The notes under the pieces: model-generated
Databases searched by the model: none
What the model was told of the DNA's origin: nothing
What the model saw: only the letters and a program-made list of their open reading frames with translations
Source of the DNA: an uncultured Actinomycetes bacterium
Lineage (GTDB): Bacteria; Actinomycetota; Actinomycetes; Nanopelagicales; Nanopelagicaceae
NCBI GenBank assembly: GCA_964406345.1
Contig: CAYORK010000001.1
Location: 88,183-152,182, forward strand
Direction of reading: 5' to 3'
DNA length: 64,000 nucleotides
Shown here: positions 33,214-44,136 of the stretch, in pieces
Position numbering within the stretch: the first letter of the stretch is position 1
Layout: each line of letters opens with the position of its first letter
Made by a program: the position numbers and the translations under genes

Positions 33214-34161
33214 ATGCCCGAGATCCATCTGCCTGTCTGTCTCGATAGAACCGTAGAGCTGCTTGCTCCTGCGATAGAAGGTCGCGAACACCCGATCATC
33301 GTCGACGGAACGCTCGGTCTAGCCGGACACAGTTTCGAATTGCTTACGCGCTTTCCGCATCTGACCATCATCGGAATCGATAGGGATGCAGATGCGATCT
33401 CTCATGCAGCCAAGCGCCTCGAACCATTCCATGGTCGTGTACAGATCTATCGCGATTCCTACGACAATCTTGGGAAAGTTCTCGATCAATTCGGCACACG
33501 CACCGTTGATGGGATCCTCCTTGATCTCGGAGTTTCCTCCATGCAACTCGATTCCGTCGAGCGGGGGTTCTCCTACTCTCAGGAGAGCGCGCTCGATATG
33601 CGTATGGATAGGAGCCAGGGCCTCACCGCAGCCGAAGTCCTGGCCACCTACTCAGAGTCTGACCTCACTCGGATCTTGCGCCAATATGGGGAAGAGCGTT
33701 TCGCGCCAAGGATCGCCAAAGCGATCGTTGCTGAGCGAGCCAAGGAACCGATCTCGAAGAGTTCGACATTAGTCGAGCTCATCAAGCGAGTGATTCCCGC
33801 GCCAGCGCGACGGACCGGTGGAAACCCTGCAAAGCGCACCTTCCAAGCACTTCGCATCGAGGTAAATGGCGAACTCGACATCTTGGATCGATCACTGCCG
33901 ATCGCCCTTGACCGTCTCGCCGTCGGAGGTCGGATGGTCGTCCTCTCCTTCCATTCACTCGAGGATCGCATCGTCAAGGAGCACTTCGCCCGCGTCACTG
34001 CGCGCAAGGACCTTCCTGGACTTCCTGTCGAGTTACCTGGTCAAGATCAGAAATTCGCACTCATCTTCAACGGCAGCGAGAAGGCGAGCGAGGAAGAGAT
34101 GCTCGTAAATCCTCGCGCCAAGTCGGTTCGTATCCGCGCGATCACTCGAGTGGCAGCCTGA
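33214..34161 (+). CDS. rsmH: 16S rRNA (cytosine1402-N4)-methyltransferase
   Basis: 315 aa from ATG 33214. HLPVCLDRTVELL, DGTLGLAGHS, DLGVSSMQLD and FHSLEDRIVK blocks. Confidence 0.9.
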   Translation: MPEIHLPVCLDRTVELLAPAIEGREHPIIVDGTLGLAGHSFELLTRFPHLTIIGIDRDADAISHAAKRLEPFHGRVQIYRDSYDNLGKVLDQFGTRTVDGILLDLGVSSMQLDSVERGFSYSQESALDMRMDRSQGLTAAEVLATYSESDLTRILRQYGEERFAPRIAKAIVAERAKEPISKSSTLVELIKRVIPAPARRTGGNPAKRTFQALRIEVNGELDILDRSLPIALDRLAVGGRMVVLSFHSLEDRIVKEHFARVTARKDLPGLPVELPGQDQKFALIFNGSEKASEEEMLVNPRAKSVRIRAITRVAA

Positions 34162-34541
34162 TGGCAATACGAGAACTTGGACCCGCGACTACTCGCAAAT
34201 CCATCCCAACGCGGCGGCTCTCTCTCGTCGCGCCGCTGAGTAACCTTTCACTGGCGTCATTGACCGACGCAAAGAGAGACTCCAAGAACTTCGTCATGAT
34301 CTGCGTCTCGATAGCAACCGCAGGTTTGCTGGCGATGTTCACCCTCAACATCGCGTTGACAGAAGGTGCATTCACCGTTCGATCCCTCAAGCTAGAGGTG
34401 ATCGAGATGAAGGAACTTCGACAGGCAGCACTGACCGAATTGGCTCATGTCTCATCCCCTGATCGCCTCGCTCGTTCGGCGGAGATGTTGGGGATGGTCG
34501 CTTCGGGCAGCCCACGTTTCATAGAGATCAACGACAGGTAG
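34161..34541 (+). CDS. ftsL: Cell division protein FtsL-like (single-pass, coiled-coil)
   Basis: 126 aa, one TM helix (FVMICVSIATAGLLAMFTL) followed by a coiled-coil. Canonical position between rsmH and ftsI. Confidence 0.7.
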   Translation: MAIRELGPATTRKSIPTRRLSLVAPLSNLSLASLTDAKRDSKNFVMICVSIATAGLLAMFTLNIALTEGAFTVRSLKLEVIEMKELRQAALTELAHVSSPDRLARSAEMLGMVASGSPRFIEINDR

Positions 34542-34553
34542 GAAGTTCTCCCC

Positions 34554-36446
34554 GTGAATCTTGCAACTGACCGATCACTCCAACCAAAGCGGATTCAGAT
34601 CGCAGTTGCCATCATCGGCATCATCCTCTTGGTCTTTGCGATCAGACTTCTCGACTTGCAAGCGCTCCGATCCAACGACCTCATGGTCAAAGCTGCAGGT
34701 GAATTGGAGCGAACTGCGACCATACCAGCGCCCCGCGGTGCGATCCTTGATGCCAATGGAGTGGAACTTGCTCGCAGCGTGCTCTCGTATCGAATCGTCG
34801 TGGATCAGAAGCTGATACATGATGGTGAGGCAGTGGCAAAGGTCATCGCACCGATTCTGGATATGGATGAGGTCTACCTCGCCGAACGTTTGACGGGGGA
34901 TCGCAGGTATGTGGTGATCGCCGACAAGGTGCGCCCTGCGATTTGGCGGACCATGGAGTCGAGAATAGATAGCTATAACGAGAAGGTGATCGAGGAACGC
35001 AACGGCTATGCCAAGCGGATCAGTGGATTTTGGGCAGAGCGCCTCTATGACCGCGAGTACCCAGCCGGTCGACTCGCAGCATCACTACTTGGCTTCACCA
35101 ATGCTGCGGGTGCAGGAGCAGCCGGATTGGAGTACAGCCTCAACTCCCAACTGACCGGACAAGATGGTGTCTACACGTACGCCAATGCGGGTGGGACGAT
35201 CATTCCAGGCACGCAAGAAGTGATGCTTGATTCAGTACCAGGTGAGAGCGTGCAGTTGACGATCGATAGGGATGTGCAGTGGGTCGCGCAACGCGCGATC
35301 ACCAAAGTAGTGAGGTCATCTCGAGCAGTCTCTGGAACTGTGATCGTACAGAATCCGAAGACAGGAGAGATTCTCGCTCACGCAACCTATCCGACATTCG
35401 ATCCGAACAATCGGGATGGTGTCGACCCCGCTCTCTATCGGAATCTCACGGTTGAGGAGATCTATGAACCTGGTTCAACCGGAAAAGTGATCACCTTCGC
35501 CGCGGCCTTGGAGGAGGGAAAGATCTCTCCAGAGACGATCATCACCACTCCCTACAAGATCAAGCGATATGGGACGACATTCAAGGATCACGAGTATCAC
35601 AAGGGAGAGAAGATCACAGTGGCAGGTGCGCTCGCCAACTCGACGAATACCGGTGCCATCAAGATCGGTGAAATGGTTGGAAAGGAACGCCTCTACGACT
35701 ATCTGCGCGCATTCGGATTGGGAGAGTCGACCGAGCTTCGTCTACCCGGAGAAGCCGCGGGCAAATTGCGTCCGGTCAAAGAGTGGTCTGGAACTTCACT
35801 CCCAACAATCTCCTTCGGTCAGGGCTATTCATTGACAGCGATCCAAGCGACTTCGATCTTTTCCACTTTGGCGAATGATGGTGTGCGAGTGCCCCCGAGC
35901 GTCATCAAGGGAACGATTGCTCCCAATGGCGCATTCACTGCTCACAAGACTGGAGATGCGGTAAGAGTGGTCTCCTCCGACACTGCGAAGAAGATGCGCC
36001 TGATCATGGAGAGCGTCGTCGGACCACATGGAACCGCTGAGACTGCCGCCATTCCCGGTTACCGCGTCGCAGGCAAGACTGGAACCGCGTGGCGTCATGA
36101 TGAGAAGTGCGGGTGTTACAAGGGCTACACCGCATCGTTCATCGGCTTCGCTCCAGCAGATGATCCTGCTTATGTGGTCAATGTGACCATTCAGGCGCCT
36201 AAGGGTGTCTACTACGGCGGCTATCTTGGTGGCCCCGTCTTCAAGGAAGTGATGAGTTACATCCTTCAATCTCAGAACATCCCGCCGACGGCAAAGGCTG
36301 AATCCAGTTATGCCTTGAGTTACAAGGAGTACCTGCGGAAGATCAGCACTCCCACTGCTGCTACCGAGAGCGAAGAGCCTAAGAAGCCAGCTGATCCGGT
36401 GAAGAAGGACAAGAAGAAGAAAGAGAAAGTCGATGCTCGTGGATGA
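34554..36446 (+). CDS. ftsI: Division-specific class B penicillin-binding protein (D,D-transpeptidase)
   Basis: 630 aa, N-terminal TM helix, motifs STGK, STN and KTGT. Confidence 0.9.
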   Translation: MNLATDRSLQPKRIQIAVAIIGIILLVFAIRLLDLQALRSNDLMVKAAGELERTATIPAPRGAILDANGVELARSVLSYRIVVDQKLIHDGEAVAKVIAPILDMDEVYLAERLTGDRRYVVIADKVRPAIWRTMESRIDSYNEKVIEERNGYAKRISGFWAERLYDREYPAGRLAASLLGFTNAAGAGAAGLEYSLNSQLTGQDGVYTYANAGGTIIPGTQEVMLDSVPGESVQLTIDRDVQWVAQRAITKVVRSSRAVSGTVIVQNPKTGEILAHATYPTFDPNNRDGVDPALYRNLTVEEIYEPGSTGKVITFAAALEEGKISPETIITTPYKIKRYGTTFKDHEYHKGEKITVAGALANSTNTGAIKIGEMVGKERLYDYLRAFGLGESTELRLPGEAAGKLRPVKEWSGTSLPTISFGQGYSLTAIQATSIFSTLANDGVRVPPSVIKGTIAPNGAFTAHKTGDAVRVVSSDTAKKMRLIMESVVGPHGTAETAAIPGYRVAGKTGTAWRHDEKCGCYKGYTASFIGFAPADDPAYVVNVTIQAPKGVYYGGYLGGPVFKEVMSYILQSQNIPPTAKAESSYALSYKEYLRKISTPTAATESEEPKKPADPVKKDKKKKEKVDARG

Positions 36447-37950
36447 GCGGGCTCTTGTAGCGCAGACGAGGTCACTCGTCGACGTCGCCAATTACCTCGG
36501 TGATACCGGTCTCTCGCTCTCCCAACTTGCAGGTATCGAGATCACAGAGATCGCAAGTTCGACCGATTCAGTCGTTCCTGGCGCTCTCTTCGTCGCACAT
36601 AGAGGTATTCGCAGTCACGGCGCGGAATATGTCGAACGCGCCATCTCCTCTGGAGCGAGTGCGATCTTGACCGACAAGGAGGGTGAATCGAAGATCTCTG
36701 CAAAAGGCGGGATCCGAGTTCCTGTCCTCGTCGTCTCGCGCCCTGAGGTAGATCTGGGTCATTTGGCTCATTGGTTCCATGGTGATCCGATGCGAAGCAT
36801 GCATGCGGTCGGGGTCACCGGCACGAATGGCAAGAGCACCATAACCACTTTGCTTTACGAGATGTGGCAGGCCGCTGGGTTCACGGCTGGCTTGATGGGA
36901 ACGATTGCGACTTTGATGCCTGGGTTGGAGTTGAAAGCCGAGCGCACCACTGAGTCAGCCGATGAGTTGGCCCGTCGTGTCGCGCAAATGGCTCAACTCC
37001 ATGTTCGCGCCCTCGCCATGGAAGTGAGCTCTCATGGACTGGCTCTCCATCGTGTCAATGGTGCCCGTTTCGCAGCAGCAGGTTTCAGCAATCTCTCGCA
37101 AGACCATCTGGACTTCCACGGTGACATGGAGAGCTACTTCGCCGCAAAAGCTTCGCTCTTCACTCATGAGTATGCCGATCGCGCATTCATCAACATCGAC
37201 GATGCCTATGGAAAGCGTCTTGCCACCATGACCTCGCTCGAGACCATCACACTCTCCTTGAAGGATAGAAGTGCATCATGGTTCGTAGCCGAGCGAGAGG
37301 TGACAGGACGCGGAAATCGTCTTGAGATTCGAGGACCCGGCGGCATTCTGATCTCGACGGAGATCCCGCTTATCGGTACGCACAATGTGGAGAACTATCT
37401 GATGGCTCTGGCTCTTGCCATCGATAGCGGAGTGGACCCTGTCGTCATCGAGAGTGCATCCCGAAATCTCAAGGGAGCTCACGGTCGCATGGAACGAGTC
37501 GAACTCGGACAGCCATTCACCGCTCTTGTCGATTATGGGCACTCTCCAGATGCTGTCGCCCGTGTCCTTCAATCACTTCGCGAGAGCACCTCAGGCAGGA
37601 TCATCGCTCTCCTTGGATGTGGTGGCGACCGAGACCGCGGTAAGCGTCCGCTGATGGGGCAAGCGCTCATCGCTGGATCTGATGTCGCGATCTTCACGAG
37701 TGACAATCCACGAAGTGAGGATCCTGCGGACATCTTGCGGGAGATGACGGCAGGACTTGCGATCAAAGAGCCTTCACGCATCGAAATCGACCGAAGGAGT
37801 GCGATCGAGTATGCGGTCTCGCTTGCTGAGCCTGGCGATCTTGTCATCGTTCTTGGTAAAGGGCATGAACGTGGTCAACAATTCAAGGATCGGCTCGAAG
37901 AGTTCGATGATCGCCTCGAGGTAGCTAAGGCAATTGAAGGCCGAGGCTGA
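36433..37950 (+). CDS. murE: UDP-N-acetylmuramoyl-L-alanyl-D-glutamate--2,6-diaminopimelate ligase
   Basis: 505 aa, Mur ligase P-loop GVTGTNGKST, DNPR motif (SDNPRSEDP), dcw position. Confidence 0.9.
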   Translation: MLVDERALVAQTRSLVDVANYLGDTGLSLSQLAGIEITEIASSTDSVVPGALFVAHRGIRSHGAEYVERAISSGASAILTDKEGESKISAKGGIRVPVLVVSRPEVDLGHLAHWFHGDPMRSMHAVGVTGTNGKSTITTLLYEMWQAAGFTAGLMGTIATLMPGLELKAERTTESADELARRVAQMAQLHVRALAMEVSSHGLALHRVNGARFAAAGFSNLSQDHLDFHGDMESYFAAKASLFTHEYADRAFINIDDAYGKRLATMTSLETITLSLKDRSASWFVAEREVTGRGNRLEIRGPGGILISTEIPLIGTHNVENYLMALALAIDSGVDPVVIESASRNLKGAHGRMERVELGQPFTALVDYGHSPDAVARVLQSLRESTSGRIIALLGCGGDRDRGKRPLMGQALIAGSDVAIFTSDNPRSEDPADILREMTAGLAIKEPSRIEIDRRSAIEYAVSLAEPGDLVIVLGKGHERGQQFKDRLEEFDDRLEVAKAIEGRG

Positions 37951-37957
37951 ATCGACG

Positions 37958-39457
37958 ATGAGCGACGCGACTTCAAGGCCGACTCATGACTTTCCAAAAC
38001 ATGAAGGCCAGCGCCTGACGCTTACATGGACGATTGAAGATGTTGCTGAAGTCATTGGCGGGACTCTCGTCAATGCCGATAGGGCGCGAGAGACGAATGG
38101 TGCACTCTTCTTCGATTCTCGAGCCTCAGTCAAGGACGGGATCTTCCTCGCACTTGAAGGCGAAAAAGTCGATGGTCATGACTTCATAAATGAATCAGGT
38201 GCATCCTTTTCGATCGTCTCTCGCCATGTCGATGACCCAGCGATCGTAGTCTCCGATGTGTTGGTCGCCGCAGGGCTATGGGCGAGCCACTATCGAGCAT
38301 CGTTGAAGGAATTGATTGTCGTAGGGATCACGGGATCACAGGGCAAGACGACCACTAAGGACATGGCTCATCACATGCTCCGTCTCCACAGTGGGATGAG
38401 AGAAGACGCCGTAGTCGCCCCTCGAGGTTCATACAACAATGACCTCGGCCTTCCAATCGTGATCACATCGTGCCAGCCAACGACGCGGTACTGCATCTCT
38501 GAGATGGGAGCGCGTCACAAGGGAGACATCCTCCGACTCGCGACCATCGCGAAGCCGCAGATCGGAATCGTTCTCAAAGTCGGGACCGCGCACCTGGGGG
38601 AGTTCGGAAGCCGTGAAGCGATTGCGCAGACTAAGTCAGAGTTAGTAGCAGGCATCGATCAAGAGGGAATTGCGATCCTCGGAACATACGATGAGTTCAC
38701 GCCCCTGATGGCTCGTAACCGCGCTGACCTGACTGTCATCACTTTTGGTGAAAGAGGCGATGAGACAGTCCGTGCGACAGATGTAGAGGCGCGCGGGGGT
38801 TTCGCTCACTTCGAATTGGTCACACCTCGAGGTCGTGAGGTGGTGGAGTTGCGGGTAGCAGGCATCCATAACGTCGCCAATGCTCTCGCTACTGCAGCTC
38901 TCGGATTCGTTCTCGGAATACCGGAGAACGAGATCGCTACCGCACTTTCGACCTTCGAACCACAGAGTCGATGGCGGATGGAGTTGAGCGAGATCGATGG
39001 CGTGACTGTGATCAATGACTCCTACAACGCCAATCCGGAGAGCATGAAGGCAGCGTTGGAGACCACACGGCTACTCGCGCAAGAGAGCGGTGGACGCACT
39101 TTTGCCTTCTTAGGGACGATGAATGAACTGGGTGATGCCTCTGATGAGATGCATGGTGAGATCGGCAGAGAAGTGCTATCACTCGGGATCGATTACCTCA
39201 TCGCGGTCAACGAGAAGAGGTACTTGGTCGATTCCGAGGGAGAGACGGAGACAATTCTGGCCACTGATCTCGATCAGGCACGCAAACTCTTCGACTCCAT
39301 CGAGACCGGGGATTGCGTGTTGTTCAAGGCCTCTCGCAGCATCGGTCTGGAACGATTGGCAGCTGACCTTGTCGAGTCTCTCAAGAACCGTGTTCAGAGA
39401 TCCTCCGAATCGTCGGATCAAGGAGTAGCGAGAGATGAAGAAAGGGAGCGTGGATAG
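37958..39457 (+). CDS. murF: UDP-N-acetylmuramoyl-tripeptide--D-alanyl-D-alanine ligase
   Basis: ATG 37958. GITGSQGKTTTKD P-loop, dcw position, acidic/basic C-terminal tail. Confidence 0.9.
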   Translation: MSDATSRPTHDFPKHEGQRLTLTWTIEDVAEVIGGTLVNADRARETNGALFFDSRASVKDGIFLALEGEKVDGHDFINESGASFSIVSRHVDDPAIVVSDVLVAAGLWASHYRASLKELIVVGITGSQGKTTTKDMAHHMLRLHSGMREDAVVAPRGSYNNDLGLPIVITSCQPTTRYCISEMGARHKGDILRLATIAKPQIGIVLKVGTAHLGEFGSREAIAQTKSELVAGIDQEGIAILGTYDEFTPLMARNRADLTVITFGERGDETVRATDVEARGGFAHFELVTPRGREVVELRVAGIHNVANALATAALGFVLGIPENEIATALSTFEPQSRWRMELSEIDGVTVINDSYNANPESMKAALETTRLLAQESGGRTFAFLGTMNELGDASDEMHGEIGREVLSLGIDYLIAVNEKRYLVDSEGETETILATDLDQARKLFDSIETGDCVLFKASRSIGLERLAADLVESLKNRVQRSSESSDQGVARDEERERG

Positions 39458-40516
39458 ATGAGAGGAATTCTCCTCGCCGGCGCCTTCGCTGCGATCTTGG
39501 CATTTCTTCTCTCACCACTGCTCATCAAGGTTCTCACGCGTCGGGGAATCGGACAGGTGATTCGAACCGACGGACCGACGACCCATCAGGTCAAGAGTGG
39601 CACTCCAACGATGGGGGGAGTGGCGATCATCTTCGCAGCGACGATGGGTTATCTCATTTCTCATCTGATCATCGGTGTGCCTGTCACCACTTCGGCGATC
39701 TTGGTCTTGGGTCTCGTCGTTGGAATCGGATTCATCGGATTCCTTGATGATTGGCTGAAGATCTCGCGCCGGAATTCCAAGGGGTTATCAGCCAAGTTGA
39801 AGTTACTTGGTCAGGCAGTGATCGCCGTCGCCTTCGCAATGGCCGGAAGGAATTTCCCAGACGAGAGAGGGCTGACCCCAATCTCCGATCAACTCTCCAC
39901 GGTGAGAGATACCGCAGTCACCCTCGCTCCAATCTTGGTCATACTTCTTGCCCTGGTGATGATCTTGGGTACGAGCAATGCAGTCAATCTCACCGATGGT
40001 CTCGACGGTTTGGCATCAGGTGCTGCGATCCTCTCTTTCCTCGCCTTCATACTCATCGGTGTGTGGGAGTTCGGACAGAGCTGTGGAATCGAACCATCAC
40101 CGAAGTGTTATGAAGTTCGAGACCCGCTCGATCTTGCAGTATTGGCGGCAGCATTCGCTGGAGCTCTCGCAGGATTCCTCTGGTGGAACACCGCGCCGGC
40201 ACAGATCTACATGGGAGATACGGGTTCGCTAGCGATTGGTGCGGCTCTCGCCGGTTTGGCGCTCACTCTCCGTGTCGAGTTACTCTTGATCGCACTCGGT
40301 GGCCTCTTCGTCATCATCACTCTCTCCGTGATCATTCAAACTGGTTACTTCAAGCTCTCCGGGGGAAAACGAGTGTTCAAGATGGCGCCGCTTCACCATC
40401 ACTTCGAACTCTCGGGCTGGAGCGAAGTGACTGTGGTGGTTCGATTTTGGATCATCGCGGGTCTCTCGATGGCCTTGGGACTTGGACTCTTCTATGCCGA
40501 CTGGGTAGCGGGGTAG
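39458..40516 (+). CDS. mraY: Phospho-N-acetylmuramoyl-pentapeptide transferase
   Basis: 352 aa, 10 TM helices. Motifs GFLDDWLKI, NAVNLTDGLDGLA and HHHFEL. Confidence 0.95.
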   Translation: MRGILLAGAFAAILAFLLSPLLIKVLTRRGIGQVIRTDGPTTHQVKSGTPTMGGVAIIFAATMGYLISHLIIGVPVTTSAILVLGLVVGIGFIGFLDDWLKISRRNSKGLSAKLKLLGQAVIAVAFAMAGRNFPDERGLTPISDQLSTVRDTAVTLAPILVILLALVMILGTSNAVNLTDGLDGLASGAAILSFLAFILIGVWEFGQSCGIEPSPKCYEVRDPLDLAVLAAAFAGALAGFLWWNTAPAQIYMGDTGSLAIGAALAGLALTLRVELLLIALGGLFVIITLSVIIQTGYFKLSGGKRVFKMAPLHHHFELSGWSEVTVVVRFWIIAGLSMALGLGLFYADWVAG

Positions 40517-40526
40517 AACTAAGAAG

Positions 40527-41909
40527 ATGACTCCAGGATCGATCACCGTCGAAGGTTTGCGAGGTCTCGATCTCGTCATCGTTGGAGCAGGCGTAACTGG
40601 TAAGGCGCTGCAGGATTTCGCGACCTCTCACGGTGCAAGCGTGACGATGGTCGATGATCGCGCTGAAGGCGCGTCTCGCGACCTGCCGGAATCTTGCGCG
40701 TTAGCGATCATCAGTCCGGGATGGAAACCTGATCATCCGATCATCGAGGGGATACGCGCACGTGGGATCCCGTATCTGAGTGAGATCGACTTCGCTTGGG
40801 AGATGAAGAGGCAGATCGCCCCGGCACAACGCTGGATCGCTCTCTCAGGTACAAATGGCAAGACCACGACTATTCAAATGGTCGAGAAGATCATGCAGTG
40901 CGCCGGAATCGCGGGTGTCGCATGTGGCAACGTGGGAAGGACAGTGATCGAGTCGATCACGCCCGAGATCGAAGTCCTCGCCATCGAACTCTCCTCTTTC
41001 CAGATTCAATGGAGCGATCTCCCTCGATTCGAGGCAATCGCACTCCTCAACATCTCTCCTGACCATATCGATTGGCATGGGAGCTTCGATCGCTATCGGG
41101 ACGCGAAGCTGAAGTTGATCTCGCTCTCCGCACGATCTTTCATCAACATCTCTGACGCCACCTTGAGTCGTTCTTGGCCGGAACTCCTTTCTTCTACGAC
41201 GGGTGAGTTGATCCCTTTTCATCTCGGATCGCCTGCTCGTGGGGAGATAGGTCTTGTAGAAGACTTGATCGTCGATCGGGCATTGGTTGATGACCCGATG
41301 AACGCAGAGGTCTTGATCGAGGTGGGGGCTCTACCCTCACGGGCATCGCACAATGTCAGCAACGCAATGGCTGCTGCTGCGCTCGCGAAGGCGATCGGCA
41401 TCGGAGCAGAAGCGATCACAGCTGGCCTATCTGCATTCATCTTCGATCAACATCGCTTGCAGGTTGTGGGAGAGTCGAAGGGTGTCACTTGGATCGATGA
41501 TTCCAAAGCCACCAATCCGCATGCAGCGTTGGCCGCAATCTTCTCTTTCCCATCCGTGATCTGGATCGCCGGAGGTCTTGCCAAAGGCGCATCGATGGAT
41601 GAGTTGGTCCGCGCAACTTCTTCGAGAGTCAGGGCAGCGATCCTGGTCGGACGAGACGCTCCTCTGATCCGCTCGGCGATCCAAGAGGTCAATCCCAGTA
41701 TGAAGATCGTCGAAGTAGGCGCAACGCAAGGCAGGGAAGTGATGCGCGAAGCAGTGACCTTCGCCAAGAATCTCGCCTCGCGCGGTGACACAGTGTTACT
41801 CGCACCGGCGTGTGCATCAATGGATCAATTCACCTCCTACAAGGAACGTGGTGATCTCTTTCAAAGTGCCGTGAGAGAGCTCGTATTGAGTGAAGGGGGA
41901 GCATCATGA
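40527..41909 (+). CDS. murD: UDP-N-acetylmuramoylalanine--D-glutamate ligase
   Basis: 460 aa, GAGVTG Rossmann fold, LSGTNGKTTT P-loop. Confidence 0.9.
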   Translation: MTPGSITVEGLRGLDLVIVGAGVTGKALQDFATSHGASVTMVDDRAEGASRDLPESCALAIISPGWKPDHPIIEGIRARGIPYLSEIDFAWEMKRQIAPAQRWIALSGTNGKTTTIQMVEKIMQCAGIAGVACGNVGRTVIESITPEIEVLAIELSSFQIQWSDLPRFEAIALLNISPDHIDWHGSFDRYRDAKLKLISLSARSFINISDATLSRSWPELLSSTTGELIPFHLGSPARGEIGLVEDLIVDRALVDDPMNAEVLIEVGALPSRASHNVSNAMAAAALAKAIGIGAEAITAGLSAFIFDQHRLQVVGESKGVTWIDDSKATNPHAALAAIFSFPSVIWIAGGLAKGASMDELVRATSSRVRAAILVGRDAPLIRSAIQEVNPSMKIVEVGATQGREVMREAVTFAKNLASRGDTVLLAPACASMDQFTSYKERGDLFQSAVRELVLSEGGAS

Positions 41910-43078
41910 GACGCCCGGTGGTCAACTTCTATGGGGTGGCGCTTCCGACCATCTTGATCTCTGTATTCGGCCTGGTCATGGTCTTCTCTGCCTCGAGTGT
42001 CAAAGCACTTCAAGAATCTGGTTCCTCTGTCGCCATCGTTAGTAGGCAAGCGCTGCTCTTCTTCGTCGGTCTTGGGATTGCACTCTTCCTCTTCCGCGCT
42101 CCCTTCGCTTTCTTGAAACGGATGTCGACTCTCTCCCTTGTACTCTCGCTCATCGCACTGGCTTTGCCGCAACTTCCAGGGATAGGCAAAGAGGTCAATG
42201 GCAACGTCAACTGGATCTCCATCGCTGGATTCACGATGCAACCAAGTGAGTTCGCCAAGCTCGGCATGATCCTTTGGTTGGCGGGCGTCTTGGCTCGACA
42301 TGAGGAGATGAAGGAACGCCAGGTGCAGATGAGCCCGGGTGCGCTCGCCATGCAAGTGCTTCCCGGTGTCATCGCCATGATCGCACTCATCCTCATCGGC
42401 AGGGACCTTGGTACTGCTCTAGTCTTCGCTGCCATCGCGGCAGCAGTGCTTTTCGTCGCTGGGATCCAGATTCGATGGTTCGTCGCCGCGATCGCTGCGC
42501 TATCTCTGATGGCGGCGATTTTGATCTTGACTCAATCGAATCGCATCTATCGCATCAAGGCTCTCCTTGATCCATTCTCAGAGGAGCACTATCAGAACGC
42601 TGGATGGCAACCTGCACACTCCATCATGGGGCTAGCATCGGGCGGTGTCTTCGGTTCTGGCCTGGGTGCCGGAAAACAGAAGTGGGGCAATCTCGCTGAG
42701 GCACATACAGATTTCATTTTCGCCGTCATTGGCGAAGAGATGGGTCTTCTAGGAACTCTTACCCTTCTTGGGCTCTTTGCTTTCCTCCTGCTGTCTATAT
42801 TCAAGATCGCACTCCGCTCTCAAACTCTCTTGGAGAGGTTCTTCGTCTGCGGTGTCGGACTCTGGTTCGCCATACAGATCGTGGTCAACATCGGATCCGT
42901 AACAGGTCTCATCCCTGTGATCGGCGTGACGCTTCCCCTCGTTTCCTACGGCGGCTCTTCCTTGCTTGCGACATTCGCCGCGCTGGGCTTGGTCTTGGGC
43001 GTGGCCATGCGGGATCCTGAGGTAAAGAGTGAGATCACGGAAAGAATCTCTCGCTCCCTCAAGTACTCTCAGAAGTGA
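41906..43078 (+). CDS. ftsW: Peptidoglycan glycosyltransferase FtsW (SEDS family)
   Basis: 390 aa polytopic protein. SEDS blocks QPSEFAKL, TDFIFAVIGEE and PLVSYGGSS. Confidence 0.9.
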   Translation: MRRPVVNFYGVALPTILISVFGLVMVFSASSVKALQESGSSVAIVSRQALLFFVGLGIALFLFRAPFAFLKRMSTLSLVLSLIALALPQLPGIGKEVNGNVNWISIAGFTMQPSEFAKLGMILWLAGVLARHEEMKERQVQMSPGALAMQVLPGVIAMIALILIGRDLGTALVFAAIAAAVLFVAGIQIRWFVAAIAALSLMAAILILTQSNRIYRIKALLDPFSEEHYQNAGWQPAHSIMGLASGGVFGSGLGAGKQKWGNLAEAHTDFIFAVIGEEMGLLGTLTLLGLFAFLLLSIFKIALRSQTLLERFFVCGVGLWFAIQIVVNIGSVTGLIPVIGVTLPLVSYGGSSLLATFAALGLVLGVAMRDPEVKSEITERISRSLKYSQK

Positions 43079-44136
43079 TGAAGCGCGTTCTCTTCGCTGC
43101 TGGAGGCACGATGGGACATCTTGGTCCCGCGATCGCCGTTGCGACTGCGCTCTCCAAAGCTTCGCCGTCAACCGGGATCCATTTCGTCGGCACGCGATCG
43201 GCAGTCGAGACTGGAATCGAGATTCCTTTCTCGCGTCATACCATCATCAAAGTCCCGATGCCGCGGCGAGTAGGACCCGCAATCCTGGTCTTTCCCATCC
43301 GTCTCGTCTTCGCAATCCTGCAGTCGATGCGATGGGTAGCAAAAGCCGACGTCGTAGTCGGATTTGGTGGCTATGTCGCCACCCCGGTCTACATAGCAGC
43401 TTGGTTGCTCCGTCGCCGGATCATCCTTCATGAGGCGAATGCCCTCCCCGGTTTCGCCAACAAAGTAGGCAGGGCTCTCGGTGGCGAATGCTTCGTGAAT
43501 TTCGAAAGTGTCGGCCGAAGTTGGAACGCTCCGGTCGTCGGCATGCCTTTACGTCAAGAGATCATCGACTACGCGAAGGAACGTGCAGATAGCGCGGGTG
43601 GATCGACCCATGAAGAATCTCAGACGAGTGAGGTTCTGGTTATGGGAGGCTCGCAGGGGAGCATGCGCATCAACGATGCAGTCTGGAGCGCCTTACCGAA
43701 ATTCAGCCAGACGATCCGCTTCCGTCATGCCGTCGGCGCAGGAAATCTCGATCGTATTCCGGTCAGCGCGCATCGTGAGGGCTATCTTCCGATTGGATTC
43801 ATCGAGGAGATAGCTAAGGCGTATCGGACAGCCGACCTCGTCATCGCTCGTGCCGGAGCCGTTACCTGTGCGGAATTATTGGCTCTTGGCAAGCGAGCGA
43901 TCTTGGTTCCACTCGGACATGGAAACGGTGAACAATCGTTCAATGCCCAAGAACTCGTTGCAGCCGGGATTGCGATTGCAGTCGCTGATTCAGAGTTCGA
44001 TGGCGATTGGTTGTTGGAGAACCTTCCGCGAGCACTCGCTCTGCGCCCAAAGGTTTCGAGCCAACCACGATTGGATGCCACCGAATGCATGGTTGCCAGC
44101 ATCCTTGTTGCTCCGACGCGAGGGAGTGGGAGATGA
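43075..44136 (+). CDS. murG: UDP-N-acetylglucosamine--N-acetylmuramyl-(pentapeptide) pyrophosphoryl-undecaprenol N-acetylglucosamine transferase
   Basis: 353 aa. AAGGTMGHLGPA N-terminus and GGSQG motif. Confidence 0.9.
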   Translation: MMKRVLFAAGGTMGHLGPAIAVATALSKASPSTGIHFVGTRSAVETGIEIPFSRHTIIKVPMPRRVGPAILVFPIRLVFAILQSMRWVAKADVVVGFGGYVATPVYIAAWLLRRRIILHEANALPGFANKVGRALGGECFVNFESVGRSWNAPVVGMPLRQEIIDYAKERADSAGGSTHEESQTSEVLVMGGSQGSMRINDAVWSALPKFSQTIRFRHAVGAGNLDRIPVSAHREGYLPIGFIEEIAKAYRTADLVIARAGAVTCAELLALGKRAILVPLGHGNGEQSFNAQELVAAGIAIAVADSEFDGDWLLENLPRALALRPKVSSQPRLDATECMVASILVAPTRGSGR